A DNA stretch of 64,000 bases from Auanema rhodensis (GCA_964057225.1 OZ059897.1:21638001-21702000); one strand, 5' to 3'; counted from the stretch's first letter, positions 43,301-58,954 are shown. Made by a program: numbers and translations. Notes: generated from the sequence alone by a model not told the origin.

Positions 43301-44554
43301 AATTTATGCTAATTAAATGTACACGTGATGTGCACTTGGTATGTAACTCGCTTCACGTAAAAGATGAAGAGATGCGGTTTTCAAAATTAGATTCCCCATG
43401 TCCATATTAGTCTAAAAACAAATTTTTATTGATATTGGTGCATGGTAACCATGACTTTGAAATTTACGTGAACTTTAATTTATGCTAATTAAATGTACAC
43501 GTGATGTGCACTTGGTATGTAACTCGCTTCACGTGAAAGATCAAGAGATGCGGTTTTCAAAATTAGATTCCCCATGTCCATATTAGTCTAAAAACAAATT
43601 TTTATTGATATTGGTGCATGGTAACCATGACTTTGAAATTTACGTGAACTTTAATTTATGCTAATTAATTGTACACGTGATGTGCACTTGGTATGTAACT
43701 CGCTTCACGTGAAAGATAAAGAGATTCCGTTTTCAAAATTAGATTCCCCATGTCCATATTAGTCTAAAAACAAATTTTTATTGATATTGGTGCATGGTAA
43801 CCATGACTTTGAAATTTACGTGAACTTTAATTTATGCTAATTAAATGTACACGTGATGTGCACTTGGTATGTAACTCGCTTCACGTAAAAAATAAAGAGA
43901 TGCGGTTTTCAAAATTAGATTCCCCATGTCCATATTAGTCTAAAAACAAATTTTTATTGATATTGGTTCATGGTAACCATGACTTTGAAATTTACGTGAA
44001 CTTTAATTTATGCTAATTAAATGTACACGTGATGTGCACTTGGTATGTAACTCGCTTCACGTGAAAGATAAAGAGATTCGGTTTTCGAAATTAGATTCCC
44101 CATGTCCATATTAGTCTAAAAACAAATTTTTATTGATATTGGTTCATGGTAACCATGACTTTGAATATTACGTGAACGTTAATTTATGCTAATTGAATGT
44201 ACACGTGATGTGCACTTGGTATGTAACTCGCTTCACGTGAAAGATAAAGAGATGCGGTTTTCAAAATTAGATTCCCCATGTCCATATTAGTCTAAAAACA
44301 AATTTTTATTGATATTGGTTCATGGTAACCATGACTTTGAAATTTACGTGAACTTTGATTTATGCTAATTAAATGTACACGTGATGTGCACTTGGTATGT
44401 AACTCGCTTCACGTGAAAGATCAAGAGATGCGGTTTTCAAAATTAGATTCCCCATGTCCATATTAGTCTAAAAACAAATTTTTATTGATATTGGTGCATG
44501 GTAACCATGACTTTGAAATTTACGTGAACTTTAATTTATGCTAATTAAATGTAC
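40331..44554 (+). repeat. Duplication with 13-monomer (2288 bp) offset; 11 monomers shared (40331-42266 and 42619-44554)
   Basis: Rare variants recur exactly 2288 bp apart: GAACGTT monomers at 40331/42619 and 41739/44027, GATTCCG at 41387/43675, and the G of ACTTTGATT at 42069/44357. Confidence 0.9.
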
Positions 44555-47500
44555 ACGTGATGTGCACTTGGTATGTAACTCGCTTCACGTGAAAGATAAA
44601 GAGATTCGGTTTTCAAAATTAGATTCCCCATGTCCATATTAGTCTAAAAACAAATTTTTATTGATATTGGTGCATGGTAACCATGACTTTGAAATTTACG
44701 TGAACTTTAATTTATGCTAATTAAATGTACACGTGATGTGCACTTGGTATGTAACTCGCTTCACGTAAAAGATGAAGAGATGCGGTTTTCAAAATTAGAT
44801 TCCCCATGTCCATATTAGTCTAAAAACAAATTTTTATTGATATTGGTGCATGGTAACCATGACTTTGAAATTTACGTGAACTTTAATTTATGCTAATTAA
44901 ATGTACACGTGATGTGCACTTGGTATGTAACTCGCTTCACGTGAAAGATCAAGAGATGCGGTTTTCAAAATTAGATTCCCCATGTCCATATTAGTCTAAA
45001 AACAAATTTTTATTGATATTGGTGCATGGTAACCATGACTTTGGAATTTACGTGAACTTTAATTTATGCTAATTAAATGTACACGTGATGTGCACTTGGT
45101 ATGTAACTCGCTTCACGTGAAAGATAAAGAGATTCGGTTTTCAAAATTAGATTCCCCATGTCCATATTAGTCTAAAAACAAATTTTTATTGATATTGGTG
45201 CATGGTAACCATGACTTTGAAATTTACGTGAACTTTAATTTATGCTAATTAAATGTACACGTGATGTGCACTTGGTATGTAACTCGCTTCACGTAAAAAA
45301 TAAAGAGATGCGGTTTTCAAAATTAGATTCCCCATGTCCATATTAGTCTAAAAACAAATTTTTATTGATATTGGTTCATGGTAACCATGACTTTGAAATT
45401 TACGTGAACTTTAATTTATGCTAATTAAATGTACACGTGATGTGCACTTGGTATGTAACTCGCTTCACGTGAAAGATAAAGAGATTCGGTTTTCAAAATT
45501 AGATTCCCCATGTCCATATTAGTCTAAAAACAAATTTTTATTGATATTGGTTCATGGTAACCATGACTTTGAAATTTACGTGAACTTTAATTTATGCTAA
45601 TTAAATGTACACGTGATGTGCACTTGGTATGTAACTCGCTTCACGTGAAAGATAAAGAGATGCGGTTTTCAAAATTAGATTCCCCATGTTCATATTAGTC
45701 TAAAAACAAATTTTTATTGATATTGGTTCATGGTAACCATGACTTTGAATATTACGTGAACTTTAATTTATGCTAATTGAATGTACACGTGATGTGCACT
45801 TGGTATGTAACTCGCTTCACGTGAAAGATAAAGAGATGCGGTTTTCAAAATTAGATTCCCCATGTCCATATTAGTCTAAAAACAAATTTTTATTGATATT
45901 GGTTCATGGTAACCATGACTTTGAAATTTACGTGAACTTTAATTTATGCTAATTAAATGTACACGTGATGTGCACTTGGTATGTAACTCGCTTCACGTAA
46001 AAGATGAAGAGATGCGGTTTTCAAAATTAGATTCCCCATGTCCATATTAGTCTAAAAACAAATTTTTATTGATATTAGTGCATGGTAACCATGACTTTGA
46101 AATTTACGTGAACTTTAATTTATGCTAATTAAATGTACACGTGATGTGCACTTGGTATGTAACTCGCTTCACGTGAAAGATAAAGAGATGCGGTTTTCAA
46201 AATTAGATTCCCCATGTCCATATTAGTTTAAAAACAAATTTTTATTGATATTGGTTCATGGTAACCATGACTTTGAAATTTACGTGAACTTTAATTTATG
46301 CTAATTAAATGTACACGTGATGTGCACTTGGTATGTAACTCGCTTCACGTGAAAGATAAAGAGATGCGGTTTTCAAAATTAGATTCCCCATGTCCATATT
46401 AGTCTAAAAACAAATTTTTATTGATATTGGTGCATGGTAACCATGACTTTGAAATTTACGTGAACTTTAATTTATGCTAATTAAATGTACACGTGATGTG
46501 CACTTGGTATGGAACTCGCTTCACGTAAAAGATAAAGAGATGCGGTTTTCAAAAATAGATTCCCCATGTCCATATTAGTCTAAAAACAAATTTTTATTGA
46601 TATTGGTTCATGGTAACCATGACTTTGAAATTTACGTGAACTTTAATTTATGCTAATTAAATGTACACGTGATGTGCACTTGGTATGTAACTCGCTTCAC
46701 GTGAAAGATAAAGAGATGCGGTTTTCAAAATTAGATTCCCCATGTCCATATTAGTCTAAAAACAAATTTTTATTGATATTGGTGCATGGTAACCATGACT
46801 TTGAAATTTACGTGAACTTTAATTTATGCTAATTAAATGTACACGTGATGTGCACTTGGTATGTAACTCGCTTCACGTGAAAGATAAAGAGATGCGGTTT
46901 TCAAAATTAGATTCCCCATGTCCATATTAGTCTAAAAACAAATTTTTATTGATATTGGTTCATGGTAACCATGACTTTGAAATTTACGTGAACTTTAATT
47001 TATGCTAATTAAATGTACACGTGATGTGCACTTGGTATGTAACTCGCTTCACGTGAAAGATGAAGAGATGCGGTTTTCAAAATTAGATTCCCCATGTCCA
47101 TATTAGTCTAAAAACAAATTTTTATTGATATTGGTTCATGGTAACCATGACTTTGAAATTTACGTGAACTTTAATTTATGCTAATTAAATGTACACGTGA
47201 TGTGCACTTGGTATGTAACTCGCTTCACGTGAAAGATAAAGAGATGCGGTTTTCAAAATTAGATTCCCCATGTCCATATTAGTTTAAAAACAAATTTTTA
47301 TTGATATTGGTTCATGGTAACCATGACTTTGAAATTTACGTGAACTTTAATTTATGCTAATTAAATGTACACGTGATGTGCACTTGGTATGTAACTCGCT
47401 TCACGTGAAAGATAAAGAGATGCGGTTTTTAAAATTAGATTCCCCATGTCCATATTAGTCTAAAAACAAATTTTTATTGATATTGGTGCATGGTAACCAT

Positions 47501-50500
47501 GACTTTGAAATTTACGTGAACTTAAATTTATGCTAATTAAATGTACACGTGATGTGCACTTGGTATGTAACTCGCTTCACGTGAAAGATAAAGAGATGCG
47601 GTTTTCAAAATTAGATTCCCCATGTCCATATTAGTCTAAAAACAAATTTTTATTGATATTGGTTCATGGTAACCATGACTTTGAAATTTACGTGAACTTT
47701 AATTTATGCTAATTAAATGTACACGTGATGTGCACTTGGTATGTAACTCGCTTCACGTGAAAGATAAAGAGATTCGGTTTTCAAAATTAGATTCCCCATG
47801 TCCATATTAGTCTAAAAACAAATTTTTATTGATATTGGTGCATGGTAACCATGACTTTGAAATTTACGTGAACTTAAATTTATGCTAATTAAATGTACAC
47901 GTGATGTGCACTTGGTATGTAACTCGCTTCACGTGAAAGATGAAGAGATGCGGTTTTCAAAATTAGATTCCCCATGTCCATATTAGTCTAAAAACAAATT
48001 TTTATTGATATTGGTTCATGGTAACCATGACTTTGAAATTTACGTGAACTTTAATTTATGCTAATTAAATGTACACGTGATGTGCACTTGGTATGTAACT
48101 CGCTTCACGTGAAAGATGAAGAGATGCGGTTTTCAAAATTAGATTCCCCATGTCCATATTAGTTTAAAAACAAATTTTTATTGATATTGGTTCATGGTAA
48201 CCATGACTTTGAAATTTACGTGAACTTTAATTTATGCTAATTAAATGTACACGTGATGTGCACTTGGTATGTAACTCGCTTCACGTGAAAGATAAAGAGA
48301 TGCGGTTTTTAAAATTAGATTCCCCATGTCCATATTAGTCTAAAAACAAATTTTTATTGATATTGGTGCATGGTAACCATGACTTTGAAATTTACGTGAA
48401 CTTTAATTTATGCTAATTAAATGTACACGTGATGTGCACTTGGTATGTAACTCGCTTCACGTGAAAGATAAAGAGATGCGGTTTTCAAAATTATATTCCC
48501 CATGTCCATATTAGTCTAAAAACAAATTTTTATTGATATTGGTGCATGGTAACCATGACTTTGAAATTTACGTGAACTTTAATTTGTGCTAATTAAATGT
48601 ACACGTGATGTGCACTTGGTATGTAACTCGCTTCACGTGAAAGATAAAGAGATTCGGTTTTCAAAATTAGATTCCCCATGTCCATATTAGTCTAAAAACA
48701 AATTTTTATTGATATTGGTGCATGGTAACCATGACTTTGAAATTTACGTGAACTTAAATTTATGCTAATTAAATGTACACGTGATGTGCACTTGGTATGT
48801 AACTCGCTTCACGTGAAAGATAAAGAGATGCGGTTTTCAAAATTAGATTCCCCATGTCCATATTAGTCTAAAAACAAATTTTTATCGATATTGGTTCATG
48901 GTAACCATGACTTTGAAATTTACGTGAACTTTAATTTATGCTAATTAAATGTACACGTGATGTGCACTTGGTATGTAACTCGCTTCACGTGAAAGATAAA
49001 GAGATGCGGTTTTCAAAATTAGATTCCCCATGTCCATATTAGTCTAAAAACAAATTTTTATCGATATTGGTTCATGGTAACCATGACTTTGAAATTTACG
49101 TGAACTTTAATTTATGCTAATTAAATGTACACGTGATGTGCACTTGGTATCTAACTCGCTTCACGTGAAAGATAAAGAGATGCGGTTTTCAAAATTATAT
49201 TCCCCATGTCCATATTAGTCTAAAAACAAATTTTTATTGATATTGGTGCATGGTAACCATGACTTTGAAATTTACGTGAACTTTAATTTGTGCTAATTAA
49301 ATGTACACGTGATGTGCACTTGGTATGTAACTCGCTTCACGTGAAAGATAAAGAGATGCGGTTTTCAAAATTAGATTCCCCATGTCCATATTAGTCTAAA
49401 AACAAATTTTTATTGATATTGGTGCATGGTAACCATGACTTTGAAATTTACGTGAACTTTAATTTATGCTAATTAAATGTACACGTGATGTGCACTTGGT
49501 ATGTAACTCGCTTCACGTAAAAGATAAAGAGATGCGGTTTTCAAAATTAGATTCCCCATGTCCATATTAGTCTAAAAACAAATTTTTATCGATATTGGTT
49601 CATGGTAACCATGACTTTGAAATTTACGTGAACTTTAATTTATGCTAATTAAATGTACACGTGATGTGCACTTGGTATCTAACTCGCTTCACGTGAAAGA
49701 TAAAGAGATGCGGTTTTCAAAATTATATTCCCCATGTCCATATTAGTCTAAAAACAAATTTTTATTGATATTGGTGCATGGTAACCATGACTTTGAAATT
49801 TACGTGAACTTTAATTTGTGCTAATTAAATGTACACGTGATGTGCACTTGGTATGTAACTCGCTTCACGTGAAAGATAAAGAGATGCGGTTTTCAAAATT
49901 AGATTCCCCATGTCCATATTAGTCTAAAAACAAATTTTTATCGATATTGGTTCATGGTAACCATGACTTTGAAATTTACGTGAACTTTAATTTATGCTAA
50001 TTAAATGTACACGTGATGTGCACTTGGTATGTAACTCGCTTCACGTGAAAGATAAAGAGATGCGGTTTTCAAAATTAGATTCCCCATGTCCATATTAGTC
50101 TAAAAACAAATTTTTATCGATATTGGTTCATGGTAACCATGACTTTGAAATTTACGTGAACTTTAATTTATGCTAATTAAATGTACACGTGATGTGCACT
50201 TGGTATCTAACTCGCTTCACGTGAAAGATAAAGAGATGCGGTTTTCAAAATTATATTCCCCATGTCCATATTAGTCTAAAAACAAATTTTTATTGATATT
50301 GGTGCATGGTAACCATGACTTTGAAATTTACGTGAACTTTAATTTGTGCTAATTAAATGTACACGTGATGTGCACTTGGTATGTAACTCGCTTCACGTGA
50401 AAGATAAAGAGATGCGGTTTTCAAAATTAGATTCCCCATGTCCATATTAGTCTAAAAACAAATTTTTATTGATATTGGTGCATGGTAACCATGACTTTGA

Positions 50501-53500
50501 AATTTACGTGAACTTTAATTTATGCTAATTAAATGTACACGTGATGTGCACTTGGTATGTAACTCGCTTCACGTAAAAGATAAAGAGATGCGGTTTTCAA
50601 AATTAGATTCCCCATGTCCATATTAGTCTAAAAACAAATTTTTATCGATATTGGTTCATGGTAACCATGACTTTGAAATTTACGTGAACTTTAATTTATG
50701 CTAATTAAATGTACACGTGATGTGCACTTGGTATCTAACTCGCTTCACGTGAAAGATAAAGAGATGCGGTTTTCAAAATAATATTCCCCATGTCCATATT
50801 AGTCTAAAAACAAATTTTTATTGATATTGGTGCATGGTAACCATGACTTTGAAATTTACGTGAACTTTAATTTGTGCTAATTAAATGTACACGTGATGTG
50901 CACTTGGTATGTAACTCGCTTCACGTGAAAGATAAAGAGATGCGGTTTTCAAAATTAGATTCCCCATGTCCATATTAGTCTAAAAACAAATTTTTATTGA
51001 TATTGGTGCATGGTAACCATGACTTTGAAATTTACGTGAACTTTAATTTATGCTAATTAAATGTACACGTGATGTGCACTTGGTATGTAACTCGCTTCAC
51101 GTGAAAGATAAAGAGATGCGGTTTTCAAAATTAGATTCCCCATGTCCATATTAGTCTAAAAACAAATTTTTATTGATATTGGTTCATGGTAACCATGACT
51201 TTGAAATTTACGTGAACTTTAATTTATGCTAATTGAATTTACACGTGATGTGCACTTGGTATGTAACTCGCTTCACGTGAAAGATAAAAAGATGTGGTTT
51301 TCAAAATTAGATTCCCCATGTCCATATTAGTCTAAAAACTAATTTTTATTGATATTGGTTCATGGTAACCATGACTTTGAAATTTACGTGAACTTTAATT
51401 TATGCTAATTAAATGTACACGTGATGTGCACTTGGTATGTAACTCGCTTCACGTGAAAGATGAAGAGATGCGGTTTTCAAAATTAGATTCCCCATGTCCA
51501 TATTAGTCTAAAAACAAATTTTTATTGATATTGGTTCATGGTAACCATGACTTTGAAATTTACGTGAACTTTAATTTATGCTAATTAAATGTACACGTGA
51601 TGTGCACTTGGTATGTAACTCGCTCCACGTGAAAGATAAAGAGATGCGGTTTTCAAAATTAGATTCCCCATGTCCATATTAGTCTAAAAACAAATTTTTA
51701 TTGATATTGGTGCATGGTAACCATGACTTTGAAATTTACGTGAACTTTAATTTATGCTAATTAAATGTACACGTGATGTGCACTTGGTATGTAACTCGCT
51801 TCACGTGAAAGATAAAGAGATGCGGTTTTCAAAATTAGATTAACCATGTCCATATTAGTCTAAAACCAAATTTTTATTGATATTGGTTCATGGTAACCAT
51901 GACTTTGAAATTTACGTGAACTTTAATTTATGCTAATTAAATGTACACGTGATGTGCACTTGGTATGTAACTCGCTTCACGTGAAAGATGAAGAGATGCG
52001 GTTTTCAAAATTAGATTCCCCATGTCCATATTAGTCTAAAAACAAATTTTTATTGATATTGGTTCATGGTAACCATGACTTTGAAATTTACGTGAACTTT
52101 AATTTATGCTAATTAAATGTACACGTGATGTGCACTTGGTATGTAACTCGCTCCACGTGAAAGATAAAGAGATGCGGTTTTCAAAATTAGATTCCCCATG
52201 TCCATATTAGTCTAAAAACAAATTTTTATTGATATTGGTTCATGGTAACCATGACTTTGAAATTTACGTGAACTTTAATTTATGCTAATTAAATGTACAC
52301 GTGATGTGCACTTGGTATGTAACTCGTTTCACGTGAAAGATAAAGAGATGCGGTTTTTAAAATTAGATTCCCCATGTCCATATTAGTCTAAAAACAAATT
52401 TTTATTGATATTGGTGCATGGTAACCATGACTTTGAAATTTACGTGAACTTTAATTTATGCTAATTAAATGTACACGTGATGTGCACTTGGTATGTAACT
52501 CGCTTCACGTGAAAGATAAAGAGATGCGGTTTTCAAAATTAGATTCCCCATGTCCATATTAGTCTAAAAACAAATTTTTATTGATATTGGTTCATGGTAA
52601 CCATGACTTTGAAATTTACGTGAACTTTAATTTATGCTAATTGAATTTACACGTGATGTGCACTTGGTATGTAACTCGCTTCACGTGAAAGATAAAGAGA
52701 TGCGGTTTTCAAAATTAGATTCCCCATGTCCATATTAGTCTAAAAACAAATTTTTATTGATATTGGTTCATGGTAACCATGACTTTGAATATTACGTGAA
52801 CTTTAATTTATGCTAATTGAATGTACACGTGATGTGCACTTGGTATGTAACTCGCTTCACGTGAAAGATGAAGAGATGCGGTTTTCAAAATTAGATTCCC
52901 CATGTCCATATTAGTCTAAAAACAAATTTTTATTGATATTGGTTCATGGTAACCATGACTTTGAAATTTACGTGAACTTTAATTTATGCTAATTAAATGT
53001 ACACGTGATGTGCACTTGGTATGTAACTCGCTTCACGTGAAAGATAAAGAGATGCGGTTTTCAAAATTAGATTCCCCATGTCCATATTAATCTCAAAACA
53101 AATTTTTATTGATATTGGTGCATGGTAACCATGACTTTGAAATTTACGTGAACTTTAATTTATGCTAATTAAATGTACACGTGATGTGCACTTGGTATGT
53201 AACTCGCTTCACGTGAAAGATAAAGAGATGCGGTTTTCAAAATTAGATTCCCCATGTCCATATTAGTCTAAAAACACATTTTTATTGATATTGGTTCATG
53301 GTAACCATGACTTTGAAATTTACGTGAACTTAAATTTATGCTAATTAAATGTACACGTGATGTGCACTTGGTATGTAACTTGCTTCACGTGAAAGATAAA
53401 GAGATGCGGTTTTCAAAATTAGATTCCCCATCTCCATATTAGTCTAAAAATAAATTTTTATTGATATTGGTGCATGGTAACCATGACTTTGAAATTTACG

Positions 53501-56500
53501 TGAACTTTAATTTATGCTAATTAAATGTACACGTGATGTGCGCTTGGTATGTAACTTGCTTCACGTGAAAGATAAAGAGATGCGGTTTTCAAAATTAGAT
53601 TCCCCATGTACATATTAGTCTAAAAACACATTTTTATTGATATTGGTTCATGGTAACCATGACTTTGAAATTTACGTGAACTTAAATTTATGCTAATTAA
53701 ATGTACACGTGATGTGCACTTGGTATGTAACTTGCTTCACGTGAAAGATAAAGAGATGCGGTTTTCAAAATTAGATTCCCCATGTCCATATTAGTCTAAA
53801 AACAAATTTTTATTGATATTGGTTCATGGTAACCATGACTTTGAAATTCACGTGAACTTTAATTTATGCTAATTAAATGTACACGTGATGTGCACTTGGT
53901 ATGTAACTCGCTTCACGTGAAAGATAAAGAGATGCGGTTTTTAAAATTAGATTCCCCATGTCCATATTAGTCTAAAAACAAATTTTTATTGATGTTGGTG
54001 CATGGTAACCATGACTTTGAAATTTACGTGAACTTTAATTTATGCTAATTAAATGTACACGTGATGTTCACTTGGTATGTAACTCGCTTCACGTGAAAGA
54101 TAAAGAGATGCGGTTTTCAAAATTAGATTCCCCATGTCCATATTAGTCTAAAAACAAATTTTTATTGATGTTGGTGCATGGTAACCATGACTTTGAAATT
54201 TACGTGAACTTTAATTTATGCTAATTAAATGTACACGTGATGTGCACTTGGTATGTAACTCGCTTCACGTGAAAGATAAAGAGATGCGGTTTTTAAAATT
54301 AGATTCCCCATGTCCATATTAGTCTAAAAACAAATTTTTATTGATGTTGGTGCATGGTAACCATGACTTTGAAATTTACGTGAACTTAAATTTATGCTAA
54401 TTAAATGTACACGTGATGTGCACTTGGTATGTAACTTGCTTCACGTGAAAGATAAAGAGATGCGGTTTTCAAAATTAGATTCCCCATGTCCATATTAGTC
54501 TAAAAACAAATTTTTATTGATATTGGTGCATGGTAACCATGACTTTGAAATTTACGTGAACTTTAATTTATGCTAATTAAATGTACACGTGATGTGCACT
54601 TGGTATGTAACTCGCTTCACGTGAAAGATAAAGAGATGCGGTTTTCAAAATTAGATTCCCCATGTCCATATTAGTCTAAAAACACATTTTTATTGATATT
54701 GGTTCATGGTAACCATGACTTTGAAATTTACGTGAACTTAAATTTATGCTAATTAAATGTACACGTGATGTGCACTTGGTATGTAACTTGCTTCACGTGA
54801 AAGATAAAGAGATGCGGTTTTCAAAATTAGATTCCCCATGTCCATATTAGTCTAAAAACAAATTTTTATTGATATTGGTGCATGGTAACCATGACTTTGA
54901 AATTTACGTGAACTTTAATTTATGCTAATTAAATGTACACGTGATGTGCACTTGGTATGTAACTCGCTTCACGTGAAAGATAAAGAGATGCGGTTTTCAA
55001 AATTAGATTCCCCATCTCCATATTAGTCTAAAAACAAATTTTTATTGATATTGGTGCATGGTAACCATGACTTTGAAATTTACGTGAACTTTAATTTATG
55101 CTAATTAAATGTACACGTGATGTTCACTTGGTATGTAACTCGCTTCACGTGAAAGATAAAAAGATGCGGTTTTCAAAATTAGATTCCCCATGTCCATATT
55201 AGTCTAAAAACAAATTTTTATTGATATTGGTGCATGGTAACCATGACTTTGAAATTTACGTGAACTTAAATTTATGCTAATTAAATGTACACGTGATGTG
55301 CACTTGGTATGTAACTTGCTTCACGTGAAAGATGAAGAGATGCGGTTTTCAAAATTAGATTCCCCATGTCCATATTAGTCTAAAAACAAATTTTTATTGA
55401 TATTGGTGCATGGTAACCATGACTTTGAAATTTACGTGAACTTTAATTTATGCTAATTAAATGTACACGTGATGTGCACTTGGTATGTAACTCGCTTCAC
55501 GTGAAAGATGAAGAGATGCGGTTTTCAAAATTAGATTCCCCATGTCCATATTAGTCTAAAAACAAATTTTTATTGATATTGGTGCATGGTAACCATGACT
55601 TTGAAATTTACGTGAACTTTAATTTATGCTAATTAAATGTACACGTGATGTGCACTTGGTATATAACTCGCTTCACGTGAAAGATAAAGAGATGCGGTTT
55701 TCAAAATTAGATTCCCCATGTCCATATTAGTCTAAAAACAAATTTTTATTGATATTGGTGCATGGTAACCATGACTTTGAAATTTACGTGAACTTTAATT
55801 TATGCTAATTAAATGTACACGTGATGTGCACTTGGTATATAACTCGCTTCACGTGAAAGATAAAGAGATGCGGTTTTCAAAATTAGATTCTCCATGTCCA
55901 TATTAGTCTAAACACAAATTTTTATCGATATTGGTGCATGGTAACCATGACTTTGAAATTCACGTGAACTTTAATTTATGCTAATTAAATGTACACGTGA
56001 TGTGCACTTGGTATGTAACTCGCTTCACGTGAAAGATAAAGAGATGCGGTTTTCAAAATTAGATTCCCCATGTCCATATTAGTCTAAAAACAAATTTTTA
56101 TTGATATTGGTTCATGGTAACCATGACTTTGAAATTTACGTGAACTTTAATTTATGCTAATTAAATGTACACGTGATGTGCACTTGGTATGTAACTCGCT
56201 TCACGTGAAAGATAAAGAGATGCGGTTTTTAAAATTAGATTCCCCATGTCCATATTAGTTTAAAAACAAATTTTTATTGATATTGGTTCATGGTAACCAT
56301 GACTTTGAAATTTACGTGAACTTTAATTTATGCTAATTAAATGTACACGTGATGTGCACTTGGTATGTAACTCGCTTCACGTGAAAGATAAAGAGATGCG
56401 GTTTTTAAAATTAGATTCCCCATGTCCATATTAGTCTAAAAACAAATTTTTATTGATATTGGTGCATGGTAACCATGACTTTGAAATTTACGTGAACTTT

Positions 56501-56874
56501 AATTTATGCTAATTAAATGTACACGTGATGTGCACTTGGTATGTAACTCGCTTCACGTAAAAGATGAAGAGATGCGGTTTTCAAAATTAGATTCCCCATG
56601 TCCATATTAGTCTAAAAACAAATTTGTATTGATATTGGTGCATGGTAACCATGACTTTGAAATTTACGTGAACTTTAATTTATGCTAATTAAATGTACAC
56701 GTGATGTGCACTTGGTATGTAACTCGCTTCACGTGAAAGATAAAGAGATGCGGTTTTCAAAATTAGATTCCCCATGTCCATATTAGTTTAAAAACAAATT
56801 TTTATTGATATTGGTTCATGGTAACCATGACTTTGAAATTTACGTGAACTTTAATTTATGCTAATTAAATGTAC

Positions 56875-57018
56875 ACGTGAAAGATAAAGAGATGCGGTTT
56901 TCAAAATTAGATTCCCCATGTCCATATTAGTCTAAAAACAAATTTTTATTGATATTGGTGCATGGTAACCATGACTTTGAAATTTACGTGAACTTTAATT
57001 TATGCTAATTAAATGTAC
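56875..57018 (+). repeat. 144-bp monomer with a 32-bp deletion between two CACGTGA direct repeats
   Basis: GTACACGTGA|AAGATAAAG at 56871-56889 lacks TGTGCACTTGGTATGTAACTCGCTTCACGTGA; the next monomer starts at 57019. Confidence 0.96.
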
Positions 57019-58954
57019 ACGTGATGTGCACTTGGTATGGAACTCGCTTCACGTAAAAGATAAAGAGATGCGGTTTTCAAAAATAGATTCCCCATGTCCA
57101 TATTAGTCTAAAAACAAATTTTTATTGATATTGGTTCATGGTAACCATGACTTTGAAATTTACGTGAACTTTAATTTATGCTAATTAAATGTACACGTGA
57201 TGTGCACTTGGTATGTAACTCGCTTCACGTGAAAGATGAAGAGATGCGGTTTTCAAAATTAGATTCCCCATGTCCATATTAGTCTAAAAACAAATTTTTA
57301 TTGATATTGGTGCATGGTAACCATGACTTTGAAATTTACGTGAACTTTAATTTATGCTAATTAAATGTACACGTGATGTGCACTTGGTATGTAACTCGCT
57401 TCACGTGAAAGATAAAGAGATGCGGTTTTCAAAATTAGATTCCCCATGTCCATATTAGTCTAAAAACAAATTTTTATCGATATTGGTTCATGGTAACCAT
57501 GACTTTGAAATTTACGTGAACTTTAATTTATGCTAATTAAATGTACACGTGATGTGCACTTGGTATGTAACTCGCTTCACGTGAAAGATAAAGAGATACG
57601 GTTTTCAAAATTAGATTCCCCATGTCCATATTAGTCTAAAAGCAAATTTTTATCGATATTGGTGCATGGTAACCATGACTTTGAAATTTACGTGAACTTT
57701 AATTTATGCTAATTAAATGTACACGTGATGTGCACTTGGTATGTAACTCGCTTCACGTGAAAGATAAAGAGATGCGGTTTTCAAAATTAGATTCCCCATG
57801 TCCATATTAGTCTAAAAACAAATTTTTATTGATATTGGTTCATGGTAACCATGACTTTGAAATTTACGTGAACTTTAATTTATGCTAATTAAATGTACAC
57901 GTGATGTGCACTTGGTATGTAACTCGCTTCACGTGAAAGATAAAGAGATGCGGTTTTCAAAATTAGATTCCCCATGTCCATATTAGTCTAAAAACAAATT
58001 TTTATCGATATTGGTTCATGGTAACCATGACTTTGAAATTTACGTGAACTTTAATTTATGCTAATTAAATGTACACGTGATGTGCACTTGGTATGTAACT
58101 CGCTTCACGTGAAAGATAAAGAGATGCGGTTTTCAAAATTAGATTCCCCATGTCCATATTAGTCTAAAAACAAATTTTTATCGATATTGGTTCATGGTAA
58201 CCATGACTTTGAAATTTACGTGAACTTTAATTTATGCTAATTAAATGTACACGTGATGTGCACTTGGTATGTAACTCGCTTCACGTGAAAGATAAAGAGA
58301 TGCGGTTTTCAAAATTAGATTCCCCATGTCCATATTAGTCTAAAAGCAAATTTTTATTGATATTGGTGCATGGTAACCATGACTTTGAAATTTACGTGAA
58401 CTTTAATTTATGCTAATTAAATGTACACGTGATGTGCACTTGGTATGTAACTCGCTTCACGTGAAAGATAAAGAGATGCGGTTTTCAAAATTAGATTCCC
58501 CATGTCCATATTAGTCTAAAAACAAATTTTTATTGATATTGGTTCATGGTAACCATGACTTTGAAATTTACGTGAACTTTAATTTATGCTAATTAAATGT
58601 ACACGTGATGTGCACTTGGTATGTAACTCGCTTCACGTGAAAGATGAAGAGATGCGGTTTTCAAAATTAGATTCCCCATGTCCATATTAGTCTAAAAACA
58701 AATTTTTATTGATATTGGTTCATGGTAACCATGACTTTGAAATTTACGTGAACTTTAATTTATGCTAATTAAATGTACACGTGATGTGCACTTGGTATGT
58801 AACTCGCTTCACGTGAAAGATAAAGAGATGCGGTTTTCAAAATTAGATTCCCCATGTCCATATTAGTTTAAAAACAAATTTTTATTGATATTGGTTCATG
58901 GTAACCATGACTTTGAAATTTACGTGAACTTTAATTTATGCTAATTAAATGTAC

